DNA from: Pyrinomonadaceae bacterium
GTDB taxonomy: Bacteria; Acidobacteriota; Blastocatellia; Pyrinomonadales; Pyrinomonadaceae
DNA length: 64,000 nt
Reading direction: 5' to 3'
Assembly: GCA_963702045.1 (NCBI GenBank)
Contig: OY969701.1
Location: 3,886,452-3,950,451, forward strand
In this document: positions 1 to 8,192 of the stretch, one piece after another
How positions within the stretch are numbered: the stretch's first letter is position 1
How the letters are laid out: every line of letters begins with the position of its first letter
Position numbers and translations under genes: made by a program
The notes under the pieces: model-generated
Told to the model about the DNA's origin: nothing
Seen by the model: the letters and a program-made list of their open reading frames with translations, nothing else
The model's database searches: none

Positions 1-1
1 G

Positions 2-1123
2 TACGAAGGACTGTATCTTCACGCCGGTGAGACTCCGGACGAAGTGCGACAGCGCGAAGCGTTTGATGCCGAGATTCGCGGATGGATAGCGTGGCGCGAC
101 GCGAAAGGGCGAAGAGCTTTTACGATACCCGTCGCAGCAGGATCGGACGATGCGGAGGTTACGTCGCTCGATCGAATCTCGATGGGCGAGTGGATGCGCC
201 AACGCGGCTACACGTCGTCGCGGCTTCGATGGCTGGTCGATTACGCCTGCCGAGACGATTACGGAATGACGATCGATCAAACCAGCGCCTGGGCCGGCCT
301 CTTCTACTTCGCGTCGCGCGTGCTCAAGCCCGGCGATGAATCGCAGCCGTTGATGACGTGGCCGGAAGGAAACGGACGATTGGTCGCGCATCTTTTCGAA
401 AAAGCGAAATCGCGTGTGCGACTGGGCCAGGCAGTTGCGGACATAGTTCCGACTGAAACGAAAGGTAAGGTTGGCGTTGACGTCGTAACGATCGACAGCT
501 CAGGTCGTGCATCGGGGATTCATGCCGGGAACGTGATCTTCGCGGCGCCGCATTTTATGGCTCGGTATTTGGTCAGGCCGTTTCGCGAAAATCCGCCGGC
601 GTATCTCCAGGAGTTTCAATACGGCGCATGGATGGTGGCCAATCTTTTTCTGAAGGACAGACCGCGCGATCGCGGATTTCAACTGGCCTGGGACAACGTG
701 CTTTACGAGAGCCCGGCGTTGGGTTATGTCTGTGCCACGCATCAACGCGGGCTCGATCGCGGCCCGACGGTCTTTACGTATTACTATCCGTTATGCGACG
801 ACAACACGCGGGCGGCGCGAACAAGGCTTTTGGAAACGGACTGGCGCGGGTGGTGCGATGTGACGCTGACGGATTTGAGCCGCGCGCATCCCGACATTCG
901 AAGTCTGACCGAGCGGCTGGATGTAATGCGTTGGGGGCATGCGATGATTCGTCCGCGGCCGGGGTTTATGTGGGGAGGGGCGCGGGCTGAGGCTATGAAG
1001 CCGTTTCGCGGGATTCATTTTGCGAATACTGATTTGAGCGGAGTGCCGCTGTTTGAAGAAGCGTTTTTTCATGGCATTCGAGCGGCGGAAGAAGTGGCTG
1101 CAAAAAAGGATGAATCAACTTAG
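2..1123 (+). CDS. FAD-dependent oxidoreductase, amine-oxidase-like (C-terminal part; 5' end lies outside the window)
   Basis: The frame is open from the window edge (YEGLYLHAGETPDE precedes the listed Met at 44). The C-terminal FANTDLSGVPLFEEAFFHGIRAAEE resembles the FAD-contact tail of flavin amine oxidases. Overlapping ORFs are Arg-rich shadows. Confidence 0.6.
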   Translation, partial: YEGLYLHAGETPDEVRQREAFDAEIRGWIAWRDAKGRRAFTIPVAAGSDDAEVTSLDRISMGEWMRQRGYTSSRLRWLVDYACRDDYGMTIDQTSAWAGLFYFASRVLKPGDESQPLMTWPEGNGRLVAHLFEKAKSRVRLGQAVADIVPTETKGKVGVDVVTIDSSGRASGIHAGNVIFAAPHFMARYLVRPFRENPPAYLQEFQYGAWMVANLFLKDRPRDRGFQLAWDNVLYESPALGYVCATHQRGLDRGPTVFTYYYPLCDDNTRAARTRLLETDWRGWCDVTLTDLSRAHPDIRSLTERLDVMRWGHAMIRPRPGFMWGGARAEAMKPFRGIHFANTDLSGVPLFEEAFFHGIRAAEEVAAKKDEST

Positions 1124-1129
1124 CCAAAC

Positions 1130-1224
1130 GCAGTCAGGAAGGGGACCCTGTCCCCGCTGACTTTGGAACTCTCTTGAGTGCCAATGAAACCTGAGGCGGG
1201 GACAGGGTCCCCTTCCTGACTGCG
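1130..1224. repeat. Family A palindromic element, copy 1 of 3
   Basis: 28-nt arms GCAGTCAGGAAGGGGACCCTGTCCCCGC and its reverse complement flank a loop of about 39 nt. The same arms occur at 34279..34375 and 41359..41456 with unrelated loops. Confidence 0.9.
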
Positions 1225-1238
1225 AGTTCTAAAACTTG

Positions 1239-2324
1239 ATGAGCGTTCTCAAACTTGAAATAGATTCTTTCGCTACCCAATCTCGCCGCGGTTGGTGGCT
1301 CTTCTCTCCCACACTCGATCTAACCGTATTTCTCGGCAGCGCGGTTGTATCTCTCATTTTGTTATGGATCGGCGCTCGTGCAGGCGTGCTCGAAGGAGAC
1401 TCTCCCGATTGGGCATGGGTGCCGGCCGTTCTCTTGATAGACGTCGCGCATGTCTACGCCACGGGCTTCCGCGTTTACTTCGATTCAACTGAACTGAAAC
1501 GGCGGCCGTGGCTTTATGTTCTGGTTCCTCTGCTCGGTTATGCACTCGGCGTTGCTCTGTACACCGAGGGCGACATGTTGTTCTGGCGCGTGCTTGCGTA
1601 CCTGGCTGTCTTTCATTTTGTCCGGCAACAATATGGCTGGGTCGCGCTTTATCGCGCGAAGCTGGGCGAGCGAGATCGCCGCGGCCGGGTCATCGACACG
1701 GCCGCGATCTATCTTGCGACTATCTATCCTTTGATTTTCTGGCACGCGAACTTGCCGAGGCATTTCTGGTGGTTTCTGCCCAACGACTTCGCTTCGCTTC
1801 CTCAATTGATTGTGAAGATCGTGGAGCCGATCTATTGGTTGTCGCTGGCGGCCTACGCCGCGCATTCGCTTTATCGTCGCTTCATCAAAGGCGAGACGAA
1901 TCCCGGCAAGGACATCGTCGTGGTTACCACAGCGGTGTGCTGGTACGTAGGCATTGTCGCTTTCAATTCAGATTACGCATTCACCGTGACCAACGTGATC
2001 ATCCACGGAGTTCCGTACCTGGCGCTGGTTTACTGGTACGCGCGCACGCGACGCGCAGAAACCGAGAGCAGGTCTTATCGGTTTCTCGCGCGCGGCCCGA
2101 TCATGTTTCTGGCTACGCTGTGGCTGTTGGCTTACGCGGAAGAGTTGCTCTGGCACCGCGGCGTCTGGCACGAACGCGGTTGGCTCTTTGGCGCAGGCTG
2201 GGACATACAGGCGTGGAAGGCCTGGCTGATACCTTTGCTCGCGTTGCCGCAACTTACGCATTATCTCCTGGACGGATTTATCTGGCGAAGAAAGAGCAAC
2301 CCGAACTTCCGCCTTATCGATTAA
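1239..2324 (+). CDS. polytopic integral membrane protein, family not recognised
   Basis: Long ORF (TTG at 1236, first ATG at 1239) with hydrophobic segments throughout. His-containing motifs include [21 protein letters not shown] and [13 protein letters not shown]. The alternative-frame 276-aa ORF is an Arg-rich shadow. Confidence 0.7.
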   Translation: MSVLKLEIDSFATQSRRGWWLFSPTLDLTVFLGSAVVSLILLWIGARAGVLEGDSPDWAWVPAVLLIDVAHVYATGFRVYFDSTELKRRPWLYVLVPLLGYALGVALYTEGDMLFWRVLAYLAVFHFVRQQYGWVALYRAKLGERDRRGRVIDTAAIYLATIYPLIFWHANLPRHFWWFLPNDFASLPQLIVKIVEPIYWLSLAAYAAHSLYRRFIKGETNPGKDIVVVTTAVCWYVGIVAFNSDYAFTVTNVIIHGVPYLALVYWYARTRRAETESRSYRFLARGPIMFLATLWLLAYAEELLWHRGVWHERGWLFGAGWDIQAWKAWLIPLLALPQLTHYLLDGFIWRRKSNPNFRLID

Positions 2325-2367
2325 CCCTTATCGATTAACCTCGCAGCGTGCTGGAAAGGAGTTTCCG

Positions 2368-3873
2368 ATGGCAGACGGATATGTGCTGGCGATAGACCAG
2401 GGAACTACGGGCACGAAGGTCATCGTCTTCGATCACGATTGCACGATTCGTTCGCGCGCGTACGCGGAGTTCACTCAGTACTACCCGCAGCCCGGTTGGG
2501 TCGAACACGACGCCCAAGAGATCTGGCTTTCATGCATCAGCCTGGTCGAACAAGCTTTGAAGCAAGCAGGCGTAGCCGCCGGCGAATTGCGCGCGATCGG
2601 AATTACGAACCAGCGCGAGACTACGCTGATCTGGGACAGAGAAACCGGCCAGCCCGTCATGAAGGCAATCGTCTGGCAAGACCGACGAACGTCGTCGATG
2701 TGTAACGACCTGAAGTTGATCGGGATGGAGCGCGGCATTCGCGGCAAGACCGGACTGGTTATCGATCCATACTTTTCCGCCACCAAACTCAAATGGATAT
2801 TCGACCACGCGCCGGGTTTGCGTGCGCGTGCAGAAACCGGCGCGCTGGCGTTTGGCACAATCGATTCATGGCTGGCCTGGAAACTGACCGGCGGGCGCGA
2901 ACACATAACCGATTATTCAAACGCGTCGAGGACGTTGCTTTACAACATTCACGACCTCACCTGGGACGCGGAGCTGTTGGAAGTCTTTGGCGTGCCGCGG
3001 GCGATTTTGCCGGCGGTCAAATCATCTTCCGAACTCTACGGACGAACCGACCCGTCGGTCTTTTTCGGCGAAGAGATCCCGGTGTCAGGAATCGCAGGTG
3101 ATCAGCAGGCCGCGCTTTTTGGCCAGGCTTGTTTCGACGCGGGCATGGCAAAAAACACATACGGCACCGGTTCGTTTCTGTTGATGCACACGGGCCAGGA
3201 GGTCGTAGAAAGCGATGAAGGGCTGTTGAGCACGATCGCGTGGCGCATCGGCGACGAGCCGGTCGAATACGCGCTGGAGGGCGCGATATTCATCACCGGC
3301 GCCGCCGTGCAATGGCTTCGCGATGGCTTGCAGATAATCGACTCAGCGGATGAGACCGAAGCGCTGGCCCAATCGATTGAATCGAACGACGGAGTCTATT
3401 TCGTTCCCGCGCTGGCCGGACTCGGCGCGCCGCATTGGGATCCGTTTGCGCGCGGAGCGCTGTTCGGAATAACTCGCGGCACAACCAGAGCGCATATCGC
3501 TCGTGCCACGCTGGAGAGCATCTGCTATCAAACCATAGACGTCGCCGATGCGATGAAACGCAATTCGGGCATTCCGCTCAAGGAGCTTCGGGTTGACGGC
3601 GGCGCGGTCAACAATAATTTTCTGATGCAGTTTCAGTCAGACATGCTCGGCGTGCCGGTCGAGGTCCCGCTGGTGACTGAAACGACTTCGCTGGGCGCCG
3701 CTTACCTGGCCGGACTCGCGGTCGGATTCTGGAAAAACCGGAAGGAATTGTCCGCGAGTTGGAAAGTCAAGAAGCGTTACGAACCGCAAATGGCGAAGCG
3801 CGAAAGAGACCGACTGTATCTTCGCTGGCTACGGGCGGTCGAGCGATCGAGAGAATGGGCTTGCGATGAATAA
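2368..3873 (+). CDS. glpK: glycerol kinase
   Basis: N-terminal [13 protein letters not shown], full-length FGGY-kinase pattern ([24 protein letters not shown]), about 500 aa. GGAAAGGAG Shine-Dalgarno sequence upstream of the ATG. Confidence 0.97.
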   Translation: MADGYVLAIDQGTTGTKVIVFDHDCTIRSRAYAEFTQYYPQPGWVEHDAQEIWLSCISLVEQALKQAGVAAGELRAIGITNQRETTLIWDRETGQPVMKAIVWQDRRTSSMCNDLKLIGMERGIRGKTGLVIDPYFSATKLKWIFDHAPGLRARAETGALAFGTIDSWLAWKLTGGREHITDYSNASRTLLYNIHDLTWDAELLEVFGVPRAILPAVKSSSELYGRTDPSVFFGEEIPVSGIAGDQQAALFGQACFDAGMAKNTYGTGSFLLMHTGQEVVESDEGLLSTIAWRIGDEPVEYALEGAIFITGAAVQWLRDGLQIIDSADETEALAQSIESNDGVYFVPALAGLGAPHWDPFARGALFGITRGTTRAHIARATLESICYQTIDVADAMKRNSGIPLKELRVDGGAVNNNFLMQFQSDMLGVPVEVPLVTETTSLGAAYLAGLAVGFWKNRKELSASWKVKKRYEPQMAKRERDRLYLRWLRAVERSREWACDE

Positions 3874-3890
3874 GGATCGACCGACAACCG

Positions 3891-3921
3891 ATGGAGCGCA
3901 GGCGGCTCGCCTGCGCTCCAT
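3891..3921. repeat. Family C hairpin (short copy)
   Basis: ATGGAGCGCAGGCG-GCT-CGCCTGCGCTCCAT is a perfect 14-bp stem lying 18 nt after the glpK stop. The same GGAGCGCAGGCGGCTCGCCTGC core occurs at 16221 and 53128. Confidence 0.8.
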
Positions 3922-3964
3922 CGGCACTTCTTCGAACTTCCCCAGTGTTGCCATCTGACTTTCC

Positions 3965-5602
3965 ATGCCGCGAACCATCCCCACAGACACTCCCTTCGAC
4001 GTCATCATCATCGGTGGAGGCATCAACGGCGCCGGCATCGCGCGCGACGCAGCGATGCGCGGGTTACGCGTTCTCCTGCTGGAAAAAGGCGATCTCGGCA
4101 GCGGCACCACCGGTTGGTCTTCGCGGTTGATTCATGGGGGCCTGCGATACCTGGAATACGGCGAGCTTGGTTTGGTTCGAGAATCGCTGCGCGAACGCGA
4201 AACGCTTTTGAAGATCGCGCCGCATTTGATCAGGCCTCTGCCGATGCTGCTTCCGATCTATCACCAGAGCAAACGCGGGTTGTGGACGATTCGCGCGGGC
4301 ATGATCGCTTACGATCTTCTCTCTTCGGGAAAATCGCTTCCTCGTCATCGGATGCTCACAGCGGACGACGCATTGAAGCTTGCGCCCGGATTGAATCGTG
4401 ATGGATTGAAAGGCGCGGCGCTTTACCATGACGCACAGGTTGAGTTTCCTGAACGACTGGTGCTGGAAAATGCTTTATCGGCTCGCGAACACGGCGCGAC
4501 GATAATGACCTACGCTCGGGTTGACCGTCTGATTCATCAGAACGATAGCGTCGCGGGCGTCGAGTTCACGGACCTGATGACGAACGAGCAACACGCGGCC
4601 CGCGGCATCGTCACGATCAACGTAGCAGGTCCGTGGGTTGACCAGGTGTTGGCTGGAGAACGGGTTTCGGAAGCGCCGTTGATCGGCGGAACAAAGGGCA
4701 GCCACCTGATCGTCGATAGGTTCGAGGGCGCACCCGACACCGCGCTTTATGTGGAAGCACAGGAGGACGGCCGCCCGTTCTTCATTCTTCCGTGGAATGA
4801 GAAGTTTCTGATCGGCACGACCGACATTCCGTTTGACGGCGATCTGGATCGGGTTGAAGCGACCGGGCAGGAGATCGAGTATCTGCTGAAGGAAACGAAT
4901 CGCGTGGTCCCGTCGGCAAAGCTAGCGCGCGAATCGATTCTCTACACCTACGCCGGCGTGCGGCCGCTTCCGTTTGTCGGCAACGCCAAGTCCAGCGGAA
5001 TTACCCGACGACACTTCATTCGCGAACACGAACCGCGGCTCAAGAATTTCATTTCGATCGTCGGTGGAAAGCTGACGACATATCGAAGTCTTTCGGAGCA
5101 GACCGTCGACCTAGTCTTCAAAAAGCTCGGGCGCGCAGTGCCGCGTTGCTCGAGCGCGCAAACACCATTGCCCGGAGCAGAAGGCCCGATCGTGAGCGAG
5201 TTTCAGTTCGACCTCGAACGTCACAATCCTGAACTTTCGGACAAGTCGGCGGAGCGGCTATTCAGGATTTACGGAATCCGAGCGTTCGAGATCGCCAGGC
5301 TGGTTGAAGCGAATCCGAAGTTGAAAGACGTGTTCGATCAGGAGACCGGCGCAATCGCCGCCGAAATCGTTTTCGCCTTTAGAACTGAGATGGCACAGAC
5401 GCTTTCCGATTGTTTACTGCGACGAACGATGGTGGGACTAAATTCAAGTGCGGGACTCGATGCGGTTGAATCCGCGGCGCGGATCGCGGAAGAACATCTG
5501 GGATGGAGCGAAGTTCGGATGGCGCACGAGATCGAAACATATCGCGAATACGTTCGGCGATTCTATCCGTTAGTGGTGCGAAAAACGTCAACCACGAAAT
5601 AA
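3965..5602 (+). CDS. glpD: FAD-dependent glycerol-3-phosphate dehydrogenase
   Basis: FDVIIIGGGINGAGIARDAAMRGLRVLLLEKGDLGSGTTGWSSRLIHGGLRYLE dinucleotide-binding start, about 545 aa, directly downstream of glpK. Confidence 0.95.
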   Translation: MPRTIPTDTPFDVIIIGGGINGAGIARDAAMRGLRVLLLEKGDLGSGTTGWSSRLIHGGLRYLEYGELGLVRESLRERETLLKIAPHLIRPLPMLLPIYHQSKRGLWTIRAGMIAYDLLSSGKSLPRHRMLTADDALKLAPGLNRDGLKGAALYHDAQVEFPERLVLENALSAREHGATIMTYARVDRLIHQNDSVAGVEFTDLMTNEQHAARGIVTINVAGPWVDQVLAGERVSEAPLIGGTKGSHLIVDRFEGAPDTALYVEAQEDGRPFFILPWNEKFLIGTTDIPFDGDLDRVEATGQEIEYLLKETNRVVPSAKLARESILYTYAGVRPLPFVGNAKSSGITRRHFIREHEPRLKNFISIVGGKLTTYRSLSEQTVDLVFKKLGRAVPRCSSAQTPLPGAEGPIVSEFQFDLERHNPELSDKSAERLFRIYGIRAFEIARLVEANPKLKDVFDQETGAIAAEIVFAFRTEMAQTLSDCLLRRTMVGLNSSAGLDAVESAARIAEEHLGWSEVRMAHEIETYREYVRRFYPLVVRKTSTTK

Positions 5603-5691
5603 GACGAAACGCTATCGAAACAACATGAACCTGGCCAGAACTTCGGTTTCGTGTGATTTCGTTTTTTGTTTCGTGTTACTTCGTGGTTCGC
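5586..5691. repeat. Family D MITE-like palindromic element, copy 1 of 4
   Basis: Termini ..CAACCACGAAAT / ACTTCGTGGTTCG and inner box TTTCGTGTGATTTCG, as in 18002..18125, 36548..36665 and 44761..44880. The left arm overlaps the last codons and the stop codon of glpD. Confidence 0.8.
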
Positions 5692-5705
5692 TTTTTCAAG
5701 CAATC

Positions 5706-7421
5706 CTACTGCCCCGGGGTTGGATTTGTCGGCGTCGGAGGTGGCGGCTGATTCTCCTTCGGCGCAGTCAGCTTGTAATCGTCAAAGCTGCTGTCGAAAC
5801 GGTGGTAGTTACTGAACTCCTGCATCAGGTTCACTTCAACTCCCTTGAACAGAAAAACCTTTGCCGAGATGTTGACCTGCGCCATCACCGGCAACCAGAC
5901 GCCATCCTCCATTCGTTTCTGTTCAAACGTAAGCGCCGTCCCAGGTCGAATCGACGCCAGCAACCCGCCACCGACTTTGTAACTATCGACCAGCCTCGCT
6001 TCCAACCGCATGACCTGTTTGTCTACCGGATCGATCCACATGACGCCGGCCAGCTTGCTTATGATCGCTTCGACTCGTCCCTTCGGTTTGTATCCCACGC
6101 GAGGACGAAAGTCGAAAACGATTGCATCGCGATCGCGCAGACGTTCGCGCCTCGGTGAAATCAGTTCAGCCGCGCGCAAAAAATCCGCTATTCCGGGATC
6201 GTCTTCTTCTTTCGGAGGTTTGCCCTTCAGCTTATCGCGCTCGCGTTTCTCCATCCGTTTCTCGCGCTCGCGCTGGGCTTTCTCCAGTTCTTCGGTGACC
6301 CGCTTCTCTTCCTTCGCGAGCTTTTCGCCGGACAATGCGACGCCGTTCTCGCTGATCAGCTTCTCTACATCTCTTCCATCAGGAATCGGATAAATTTCAA
6401 ACACCTTGACGGTTTCTTCCGTCAGTTCGCCGCGTCCGTTGATCTTCCGCTCGGTCCTTTTCTCTGTGTAGGTGTAATCGCCGACACGTTCGTCGACCTG
6501 CTCCTGATTGCGGTCGACTTCTCTTAAGAGCGCGCTGACATCTATGGCTTCTGCCGTCGGAGGGTCAAAGAAAGCGTCCGCAATGTCAGTGTTGTAACGA
6601 ACCGATTGCAGGTGCAGCGTCAACGCTTCCGTCGAGCCGTTGCTGAACTGGATTCGATGCGGCTCGAGCAAGCCGCTTTCGGCGCGATAGTCGCTGAATC
6701 GAGTTTCGAGATTTCCACGTTCGTCGCGCGATTTCAAAAGCAGTTTGCTCGAAACGCCGAACCAGTATCTGAACCGCGCGCCGTTCCTGGACGAAAATTC
6801 GACGACGTACGCAGGCTCGCTTTCCGATTGATCCAAAGTTACGGTTCGGGCCAGTACATTTCGTTTTTTGTAATCAAGAAATCGACTAGCTTCCAGCGCG
6901 GCTTTCAACTTTGCGACATTCGCTTCGGCGTCGGTCAGCGTGCGGGTGATCGCAAGCACGCCGGCGGTCGCTTCCGATCTACGCATCCACGCGGAACGCG
7001 AGTTGGCTCCAGTGCTGGTTTCGCCGTCTCGCGCGAACATGATTTCGAGCGGCGCCTTTCGATTGCCTGATTCCGCGTCGACCAGACTCTTCGAAGCACC
7101 CGCTCGTGAGCTCAGAACAAAATCCCACCGAAGCGCAGACGGAGATTTCAGATAAGACTTCGCAGTTCCGGTCGCTTGCAACGGCGTTGAGCCGCTGCTG
7201 CCGTTCACCACCTGCCATTCGTACACAGCGGCTCGGATCGCGATAACACGTTTCTTTCCGCCGATCGCTTTCACGTATTCGCCGGCGATTTTGTCAGGCG
7301 ACGGCAGCTTCTTTTGTCCCGAGGTTCGCGTGTACGTAGTTACAGGAAGGCAAGCAAGGAGGAGCAGAATCAAAAGGCCGATGGGGGAATTTCTCATAAT
7401 TCGGTAGATGCTGTTAGGCAT
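5706..7421 (-). CDS. secreted protein or lipoprotein of unknown function
   Basis: 571-codon ORF with an N-terminal hydrophobic segment ending LLILLLLAC, a Lys/Glu-rich central segment and a Pro-rich tail. No enzyme motifs recognised. No Shine-Dalgarno sequence, because the F1 hairpin abuts the ATG. Confidence 0.75.
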   Translation of the reverse strand: MPNSIYRIMRNSPIGLLILLLLACLPVTTYTRTSGQKKLPSPDKIAGEYVKAIGGKKRVIAIRAAVYEWQVVNGSSGSTPLQATGTAKSYLKSPSALRWDFVLSSRAGASKSLVDAESGNRKAPLEIMFARDGETSTGANSRSAWMRRSEATAGVLAITRTLTDAEANVAKLKAALEASRFLDYKKRNVLARTVTLDQSESEPAYVVEFSSRNGARFRYWFGVSSKLLLKSRDERGNLETRFSDYRAESGLLEPHRIQFSNGSTEALTLHLQSVRYNTDIADAFFDPPTAEAIDVSALLREVDRNQEQVDERVGDYTYTEKRTERKINGRGELTEETVKVFEIYPIPDGRDVEKLISENGVALSGEKLAKEEKRVTEELEKAQREREKRMEKRERDKLKGKPPKEEDDPGIADFLRAAELISPRRERLRDRDAIVFDFRPRVGYKPKGRVEAIISKLAGVMWIDPVDKQVMRLEARLVDSYKVGGGLLASIRPGTALTFEQKRMEDGVWLPVMAQVNISAKVFLFKGVEVNLMQEFSNYHRFDSSFDDYKLTAPKENQPPPPTPTNPTPGQ

Positions 7422-7510
7422 ATGTCAGATGCTAGATGTCGGATGTTAGATGTTGGTCTCGGTAGTCGTTCATTTCGAACTGATATCTAACATCTAACAT
7501 CCAACATCTG
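7422..7510. repeat. Family F hairpin with heptamer-repeat arms, copy 1 of 2
   Basis: Left arm is five tandem ATGYYRG units (7422..7456). Right arm is three to four complementary CYRRCAT units (about 7481..7507). The related element is at 9490..9615. Confidence 0.85.
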
Positions 7511-7526
7511 CTCCTGAATCGCCGTT

Positions 7527-7706
7527 CTACGTACTCTTTCCTTCCATTGTTTCAGACGCGTCCGGCGGTTGCGGGACGTCCGCATCCATAGCCGCGGCGG
7601 ATTCCTGCTCAGCCTCGAGTTCGTTTTCCTGATTATCGCGGGCGGCGTCTACCGGCTCAGGTTTCTCCAGGGTTTCCCTGGTTTGTTGGGTCGCTGGTTT
7701 ATTCAT
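7527..7706 (-). CDS. candidate small acidic protein (59 aa), speculative
   Basis: Hand-translated as MNKPATQQTRETLEKPEPVDAARDNQENELEAEQESAAAMDADVPQPPDASETMEGKST. Its ATG overlaps the stop of the upstream small ORF (ATGAATAATGAATAA). It falls below the 60-aa cutoff of the ORF track. Confidence 0.25.
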   Translation of the reverse strand: MNKPATQQTRETLEKPEPVDAARDNQENELEAEQESAAAMDADVPQPPDASETMEGKST

Positions 7707-7911
7707 TATTCATCTCCTGACCTTGATTCCCTTTATTCCCTTTATTCCCTTTGTTCGTAGCATGGTTCTGATCTTCGCCCGCGGGTCCTTTCAGATGTCG
7801 CTCGCGTTCCTCCTGAGCGATCGCGGTCTGATTCTGTTGAAACTCAAACTCGTTTAGCTCTCCGCCTTTGATTTTGTATTGATTGATATTCTCTGCTGGA
7901 TCTTTCGGCAT
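7699..7911 (-). CDS. small hydrophilic protein (about 70 aa), unknown function
   Basis: AAGGGGG Shine-Dalgarno sequence lies 7 nt before the ATG at 7911 (GTG at 7914). Hydrophilic sequence with a KGNKGNKGN tract. No homolog recognised. Confidence 0.45.
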   Translation of the reverse strand: MPKDPAENINQYKIKGGELNEFEFQQNQTAIAQEERERHLKGPAGEDQNHATNKGNKGNKGNQGQEMNNE

Positions 7912-7934
7912 CACGATTCCCCCTTAAGTTTTTT

Positions 7935-7992
7935 ATGTCCGACAAACTTTAGTTTGTCGCGTGTCATCGACAAACTAAAGTTTGTCGGACAT
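7935..7992. repeat. Family B palindromic element (double unit)
   Basis: ATGTCCGACAAACTTTAGTTTGTCG-CGTGTCAT-CGACAAACTAAAGTTTGTCGGACAT. The GTCCGACAAACT/AGTTTGTCGGAC core recurs at 8155, 33870, 42430, 53063 and 56458. Confidence 0.9.
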
Positions 7993-8021
7993 TTTTCGGA
8001 AATTCGTTTTTGTACGCTCGC

Positions 8022-8051
8022 TTGACAGTCTTAGCAGCGCGTCCGTATATT
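8022..8051 (+). promoter_or_regulatory. sigma-70-like promoter candidate for tRNA-Thr
   Basis: TTGACA (8022..8027), 18-nt spacer, TATATT (8046..8051). The tRNA 5' end lies 17 nt downstream of the -10 element. Confidence 0.55.
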
Positions 8052-8068
8052 TTTCACCTCGCCCGAAT

Positions 8069-8144
<76 letters not shown>

Positions 8145-8154
8145 AAAAATTCTT

Positions 8155-8182
8155 ATGTCCGACAAACTGAAGTTTGTCGGAC
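8155..8182. repeat. Family B single hairpin, possible tRNA terminator
   Basis: TGTCCGACAAACTGAAGTTTGTCGGACA is a perfect 12-bp stem lying 10 nt after the tRNA CCA end. No T-tract follows. Confidence 0.85.
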
Positions 8183-8192
8183 ACTGCTTGAC

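Noticed and set aside
1130-1224. Family A and B elements as integron attC-like recombination sites (conserved arms, variable centre).
   Set aside because: There is no intI-like integrase. The elements are scattered singly between unrelated core genes on both strands rather than bounding promoterless cassettes in an array.
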